Positions 57,600 to 64,000 of a DNA stretch of 64,000 bases are shown piece after piece. Under the pieces are notes generated by a model. It saw only the letters and a program-made list of their open reading frames with translations, did not search any database and was not told the origin of the DNA. Origin of the DNA: Eledone cirrhosa (taxonomy: Eukaryota); contig OZ024757.1 of NCBI GenBank assembly GCA_964016885.1, forward strand, positions 35,464,001 through 35,528,000. Reading direction: 5' to 3'. Within the stretch, counting starts at the first letter, position 1, and each line of letters starts with the position of its first letter. The translations under genes and the position numbers were made by a program.

Positions 57600-58207
57600 T
57601 GGTGGCTGCCAACTCGTTTTCGAGTACGGCCACTACTTTATATCCATGTAGGAGAACCCCTACCGATGCGCTGAACGAATGTGACTTTTTAGTCCAGCCA
57701 GCGACTTGAAAACTCTGGTACAAAGACTACACTTGTGACCATTATTGACACATAGTGCAGGGCCCATGGTACCATGTGATGACAAGTGCAGAGAGATCTC
57801 CAGATATAAAGCAATGCCTGTGCTGTGAAGCTTTTATAGTGAGCAAAGGCACTGCACAAAGCCAGTCCCACTCTCTTAACCAAGATGATATTTACCAAAA
57901 AGAAGAACAAGTCAACATCATTGGATACCATCAGGGTTGCAGGTGTTATATCAGAGTTTTCCTTCTCCTAGAATTCTGCCTTGACAAAGGCTAAGGGGTC
58001 ATCTCTCCCGGTGATTTTGGATGGCTATTGAGTCTTAAGAGCTCCCTTGCCCTTTGACAGGTTTTGTTTTTAGTCCTGCAGGATGTCCAAAGTCACCCTC
58101 CTCACCAAGAAACCTTGGTGGGGTTGCCAGTTTAGTCGCCAACGACCCGACCATGAGACAGGTTGTACTGGGATACATGTTACCAGTAGCACCAACTGGT
58201 GACCTGA
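57600..58207. mobile_element. Dispersed repeat, possibly an RTE 5' region (related pieces at 52720-52960 and 53215-53520)
   Basis: Shared ccaatcccactctct and ccttctcctagaa...tgacaaaggcta segments among the loci. The family assignment is tentative. Confidence 0.35.
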
Positions 58208-58208
58208 C

Positions 58209-58241
<33 letters not shown>

Positions 58242-58275
58242 TATACATACATATATATATATGTATATATATATG

Positions 58276-58310
<35 letters not shown>

Positions 58311-58383
58311 GAATTAGTTTAGCGAGGTTTTTTATATTAATTCTGGCAATATTACACAAATATGACCCTCCCCAAGTATAACA

Positions 58384-58414
<31 letters not shown>

Positions 58415-59035
58415 TATATGCATATATATATGTATATATATATACATACATATATATATGTATATATATATACATACATATATATATGTATATATATATA
58501 TATATATACATACATATATATATGTATGTATATATATATATATACATACATACAAAATATAATATAGAGCAGTTTTATAAATAAATATTGACATACCCTT
58601 AAAGAATGCAACCATTACTGTTGGAAGCTCCCGGATAGCTCTATATTATATTTTATCTGGTGAAAGCACACCATAATTTAACTTGGTGTCCTTGAAATAT
58701 GTATAATGAAATAAATATGGTTTTATAAATATAGTTTCCATTTGTTCATATCGTATATATATATATATATGCCCCCAACGTCTTGGGCCGCATTGTGGCC
58801 AATAAAATCAGAACTCCCATTGCTACAACTACTATTGCTATTTTATATATCTAATAACAACAACAACAACAACAACACCAGTGGGATTTCTAAATATAGC
58901 AATAACGAAAGATACAATAACAAGACCACCAGCAAAAACAGCAATAATAGCAAAAACTACAATAAAATTAGACCAACCGCTTTTCTTTTCTTCCAAACAT
59001 GTCGTTTGGGACACCTTAAAAACACGAACTAAATA

Positions 59036-59066
<31 letters not shown>

Positions 59067-59196
59067 TTGTGTATTTAGATATTTATTTATATACACTTGA
59101 TATTATAATAATCATTCGACTGAATCTATGTCTATATATCTCTTAATCTACACATACACACTCTCTCCGAATGTGTGTATGTATATATATTTATGT

Positions 59197-59312
<116 letters not shown>

Positions 59313-59418
59313 CTATATTTATACATATAATACCTATCTAACCGTATCAGTGTATCTTTATCTCCACATCTTTTATGTTTGGCCCTCCCCTTCTCTTTAT
59401 GTTTTTTCTCATATATGT

Positions 59419-59464
<46 letters not shown>

Positions 59465-59558
59465 GTGTGTACATATATATATATACGTATATGTATCTAT
59501 ATATATACGTATATGTATCTATCTATATATATATATATATGTACATATATATATACAT

Positions 59559-59592
<34 letters not shown>

Positions 59593-60337
59593 TTATATGT
59601 GTCTATATATATGTATATATATATATGTATATATATTGCTTGTTTTATCTCCCTTTATCTGTATTCCGTGTTATTACCCAATTATTGTTGGCAATCGACG
59701 AATTAGGCGCCAAACTATTGTTTATTCTTCTACTGTTAACATCTTTCTATTACCTCCACTACCGCCTCCACCCCCACCCCACCTCCATTGGCATCACCAT
59801 CACTACCGGCACCACCAAACCCACGACCACCACTGTCACCACCACCACCAACAACAACAACACCACTACCACCACTGTCACCACCAACAACAACACCACT
59901 ACCACCACCACTGTCACCACAACCACCACCACCAACAACAACAACACCACTACCACCACCACTGTCACCACCACCACCACTAACAACAACACCACTACCA
60001 CCACTGTCACCACCACCAACAACACCACTACCACCACCACTGTCACCACCACCACCAACAACAACACCACTACTACCACTGTCACCACCACTATTACCAC
60101 CACCACCAAAATTACCACCACCACCACCATTACCATCACCACCACCACTAACGCTCACCCCACCCCACCCCCGCACACACCACCATTATCTACCACACAC
60201 CAATCATTTTCTGAGAACACCAGTGAAGACTGCAACATAGAAATAGTGACAAACGTAGTTGGCACTGTTGTTGTCATTAACACCCCTCCATCCGTGTGTA
60301 CCTACCTACCTACACATATAAACACACATACACATAG

Positions 60338-60371
<34 letters not shown>

Positions 60372-60375
60372 TATA

Positions 60376-60408
<33 letters not shown>

Positions 60409-60483
60409 GACATACCTGTTTAGAATTGATCGCCTACGTTCTCTTTTACGAGTGTCATATAACATTTTATACATCTAATATTG

Positions 60484-60543
60484 TATTTTGTCTGAAGAAG
60501 GCATACTATGATTTAGCACCCCAGAAATATATATAACGGAATA
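60484..60543 (+). ncRNA. Minimal hammerhead ribozyme (family A, diverged)
   Basis: TATTTTGT CTGAAGA ... GAAA TATATA TA ACGGAATA. Stem I is kept with a G-C change; stem II is weak. Confidence 0.5.
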
Positions 60544-60773
60544 AATAATGATGCTATAGTGTTATATATTCCATTTATTACTATTATATATATATATATA
60601 TATACGTAGGTCCCGGGTTGAGTCGGGGATAACCACAGTAAGTAAGGTACTCAATACATGGCAGAGTAAATTTTTTTTATTTTATAGAAGGAGCTTCTAC
60701 AGGACTAGTACTGTTTCATCTGAAGATTTCATCTGAATGAAACAGTACTAGTCCTGTAGAAGCTCCTTCTATA

Positions 60774-60805
<32 letters not shown>

Positions 60806-61052
60806 AAGGCACATGGCTTAGTGGTTAAAGCATTGGGATTGATGTGTTGTTTCCTTGAGCAAGACACTTTATTTCACGTTGCTCCAGTTTACTCAGCTGT
60901 AGAAATGAGTACCGGCCTGCCCGCCCAGCCAGTGGGATGGCGTTGTCTTATGGCTAAAACAGCACGACGTACTGTGACCAGCGGCGCCGATTGGCGCCCG
61001 ACAGACTGGTCGGTCAAGGTGGTCAAGCTGATATTTATATATATATGTACAC

Positions 61053-61091
<39 letters not shown>

Positions 61092-61302
61092 AAAAAGTAT
61101 GACCCCGACGGCAGAGCTCAAGCCGTTTCGACAGCTATTTCTAGTCCAGAAATAGCCGTCGAAACGGCTTGAGCTCTGCCGTCAGGGTCATACTTTTTCC
61201 TATTATCCACTCTACTACCCTAAGTATTGAGTACTCTGGTGCGTTATGGTCCATCTGGTTCCTTACCACAACTCCTTCGTTATATATATATATATATATA
61301 TG

Positions 61303-62062
61303 CACATGCAGGACACGTTCTTCATCACTCGTACCAAGTCTGCGACCAGAATATTAAACTTAGCACTACTGGACATTGCTGAGGTTTTGAGTATCAGGTA
61401 TTTGGAGGCCAAAGGTTTAGCGTAGTGTGAGTGGAGAATTTGGGCCTTCTCGTCTATAGTGTTAATCCAGAGTTCCGTGTCTAATACAGGTAGTTTACTG
61501 TTAGGGTGTTTGGAAGGGTAGTCGATAGTTACAGTTATAATCTGGTGTATAGAATTAGCTATCTGCTGGATGCTTTCTATTGTGCTACATTCTAAATCAT
61601 ACTTGTTAGTACTCTCTTGTGGGGAAGTCCTTATTACTATATTGATGTCGTCTACGTAACGAGAGTACATGATGAGGTCTATGGAGCTCTCATCAAGATC
61701 TTTGAGTCTCCTTTCCCACCATACCATAAAAAGGTTGGCAACGTCACCAGCTATGCTGATGCCAATGGATACTCCCTCATCTTCTCGTTGAATTTGAATA
61801 TGTGGTCCTTTAGGGTAGTTTTAATACTAGCCCCTATTGCATGTGCGACCATTTTTCTTACCTGATCGTTGTTTTGGGGGGTTCGTATGGCTTTGGTCCA
61901 CCCAATCCACCTTCCCATGGGAGTCTTTTTTGCCATTGAGGTTATGGTGGGGGGGTCTACCTCTTATGGGTGTACTGGGGCAGAAACGACTAAGGTGATA
62001 GCTGTCTAGGTAGTCAGTGTCATAGGTAAGTCTAAGTAGGAGGCCCAGTTCGTCTGTGTCGA
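61303..62062 (-). mobile_element. Second Penelope-like element RT fragment, same family as 11021-12540
   Basis: MVWWERRL...MYSRYVDDINIV...LPVLDTELWIN...HSHYAKP, nearly collinear with the 12-kb copy. Frameshifted and bounded by (TA)n on both sides. Confidence 0.88.
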
Positions 62063-62097
62063 TATATATATATATATACATATATATATAGATATAG

Positions 62098-62196
<99 letters not shown>

Positions 62197-62347
62197 GGTG
62201 CTGAGTATTTTTCTTCACTTTTCGTCTGTGGTCTCTTGTCTTTGGGTTTGTTCCTATTTTGCATATTCACTTTATCTGAATTGATGGACTGTTTTTGTTC
62301 GAGTGTGTTGTGGTTGACATGATCACCACCTTTGGGGGAGCGCATAC

Positions 62348-62742
62348 TCGATTAAATCAGCACCAGTAAATAACTGGTACTTTATTTTATCGACCCCAGA
62401 AATATGAAAAGCAACGCTAACCTCGGTGGGATTTGAACTCACAATGTAAAGAACCAGAACAAATGCCACAATGGCATTTTATCCGACGCTCCATAAATTC
62501 TGCCAATCCACCACCTTTTATAGAGTGGTTGATTGGCAGTATCGGTAGGGCGTCGGATACCATACATCGCAGCACAGAGTTACGTCATTTTACGTTCTGA
62601 GTTCAAATCCCACCGAAGTAAACTTTGCCTCTCTTCTTTACGGGATCTATAAATAAAACACCAGTAATGCACTGGGGTCGATTTAATTGAATCCCCTCCG
62701 CTGCAATTGATGACCTTGTGCATAATGTAGAAACAATTATTT
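62348..62742. mobile_element. Head-to-head pair of SINEs
   Basis: Minus copy at 62348-62517 and plus copy at 62524-62742. Confidence 0.72.
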
Positions 62743-62921
62743 ATGAGATTTTGAAAATTGTTCAGTTCATCAAAGAAATTTCCCCACGCAAAATAAAGCA
62801 GTCGTCGCGGCATGTTTTTCAGTTTTCTTTTATATGACAGCTTAAAGAGCCGGAACAAATACTGCAATGGCATCTGTCCGACGCTCTAACGACGGTTAAT
62901 CATAGGCCCTATCCGTACATA

Positions 62922-63104
62922 CCATATTCTTCCGTGTATTGCGTGCATTCGTGTATAACGGGCACCCATTTTTGACCAGAAAAATGTCTTTGAAAGCCAA
63001 GTTTTTGTGTATAAACATTTAGTTAGGGAGCATACCACGCACTTCCAAAACAAACAAGGAAAAAGTAAAAATCACAACTGCGCGGTATACATGAAAGAAT
63101 ACGA
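62922..63104. mobile_element. Tc1/mariner-pogo-type MITE
   Basis: Imperfect TIRs ccatattcttccgtgtat / atacatgaaagaatacga, flanked by TA on both sides. Confidence 0.55.
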
Positions 63105-63344
63105 TATTCAAAGGGTAAGAAAGAAAAATCGGGCGCCAGCTTCAGCTCTTGGTCATCAAAAGAAATAGGGTAGGTGTAAAAACCAAACTCGCTAGCTTCC
63201 ATTCAGCGTTCGTACCTACTCTTACCTATGGTCATCAAAAGAAGAGAGGTTGGTGAAAAAAACACACACTATCTTTAATTCTGTGTTCGTACCTATTCTT
63301 ACCCATGTTCATGGATCTTGTGTAATGACCGAAAAAATACGATC

Positions 63345-64000
63345 GTGAATGCAAGCGGTGCAAATGGAGTTCCTCCGAGGGGTCTTTGGAGTAATGTTAC
63401 TCAATAGTACGTAGCTCGGAGATCAGATAGTCACTCCAGGTTGAGCCGCTACTTCTTCGAATTGAGAGATCACAACTCAGAATGTCTCAGGAAAGAATCG
63501 CTGGACAGATTTTATGGGCAAATCCAACCCGCAGGAGACCCAGGGATAGACCCCCAAGCAAGAGTACGTAGCTCTGAGATCAGAAAATTGCTCAGAATTG
63601 AGAGATCACAGCTTCGATATTACGGAAATGGAGTTAGAATGTCTCAGGAAAGAATTGGAATGGGGTTCCTCAGAAGGGTCTTTGGAGTAACGTTTATTCG
63701 AGATAGTGCGTAGCTCGGATCTCGTAGAATTGACCTAGGTAGAGCCACTACTTCTCCGAATTGAGATATCACGTGTCCGATACTACCGACATGTAGTCAG
63801 AATATCTCAGGAAAGAATTGCTGGACAGATTTTACGAGCAAAACCAACCAGTAGGAGGCCCAGGGCTAGACCATGATCAAGATGGTTGAATAACTCTCAG
63901 GAGCTCAGTTTGTCTCGTTTGGGGATCTAGCTGGGATCTAGCCGGATCAACTGGAGACAGTTCCTTGTAACAGAACCCACTGGAAGTCGAGTCTGAAGAT
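63345..64000 (+). mobile_element. Rearranged RTE-clade LINE 3' fragments
   Basis: FLRRVFGVT, LLRIERSQLRY.G...RMSQER and PVGGPGLD repeated in several partial copies. Confidence 0.7.

Noticed and set aside
58649-58713. Active hammerhead
   Set aside because: The core reads CTGGTGA (conserved A lost). The copies at 1434-1499, 46293-46350 and 47655-47711 also have broken cores, and 32195-32253 has a truncated stem I.
60202-60230. Possible small internal MyoD exon on the minus strand (ttctatgttgcAG...GT)
   Set aside because: Only 29 nt, a weak donor and no recognisable peptide.

Overview
Eukaryotic, AT-rich and microsatellite-dense window. It is probably an octopus or other cephalopod, inferred from the SINE families and repeat landscape. 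Almost all long ORFs in the track are translations of simple repeats. Real content: (1) one convincing host coding exon, the terminal exon of a MyoD/MRF-type bHLH gene (minus strand, 50188-50324, helix-III motif SSLDCLSLIVESIS), whose bHLH exon is not in the window; (2) decayed retroelements, namely two Penelope-like elements (RT + GIY-YIG), R4/Dong-type RLE LINEs, L1/Tx1 3' ends and RTE fragments; (3) many tRNA-derived SINEs, two Helitron-like elements and a Tc1/mariner-pogo-type MITE; (4) mini/satellites, including a 46-bp array of about 3 kb, a 79-bp higher-order repeat, and 28-bp and ~65-bp units. The most striking structure is a dense population of short non-coding inserts in (TA)n tracts. 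They carry minimal type-I hammerhead ribozyme cores (CUGANGA...GAAA-palindrome-UH), some with long loop-II insertions. Many form fold-back palindromes that turn in or near the ribozyme. There is also a ~510-530-bp terminally redundant unit with only half a hammerhead core. All RNA structures were paired by eye and coordinates were counted by hand; repeat boundaries are approximate.
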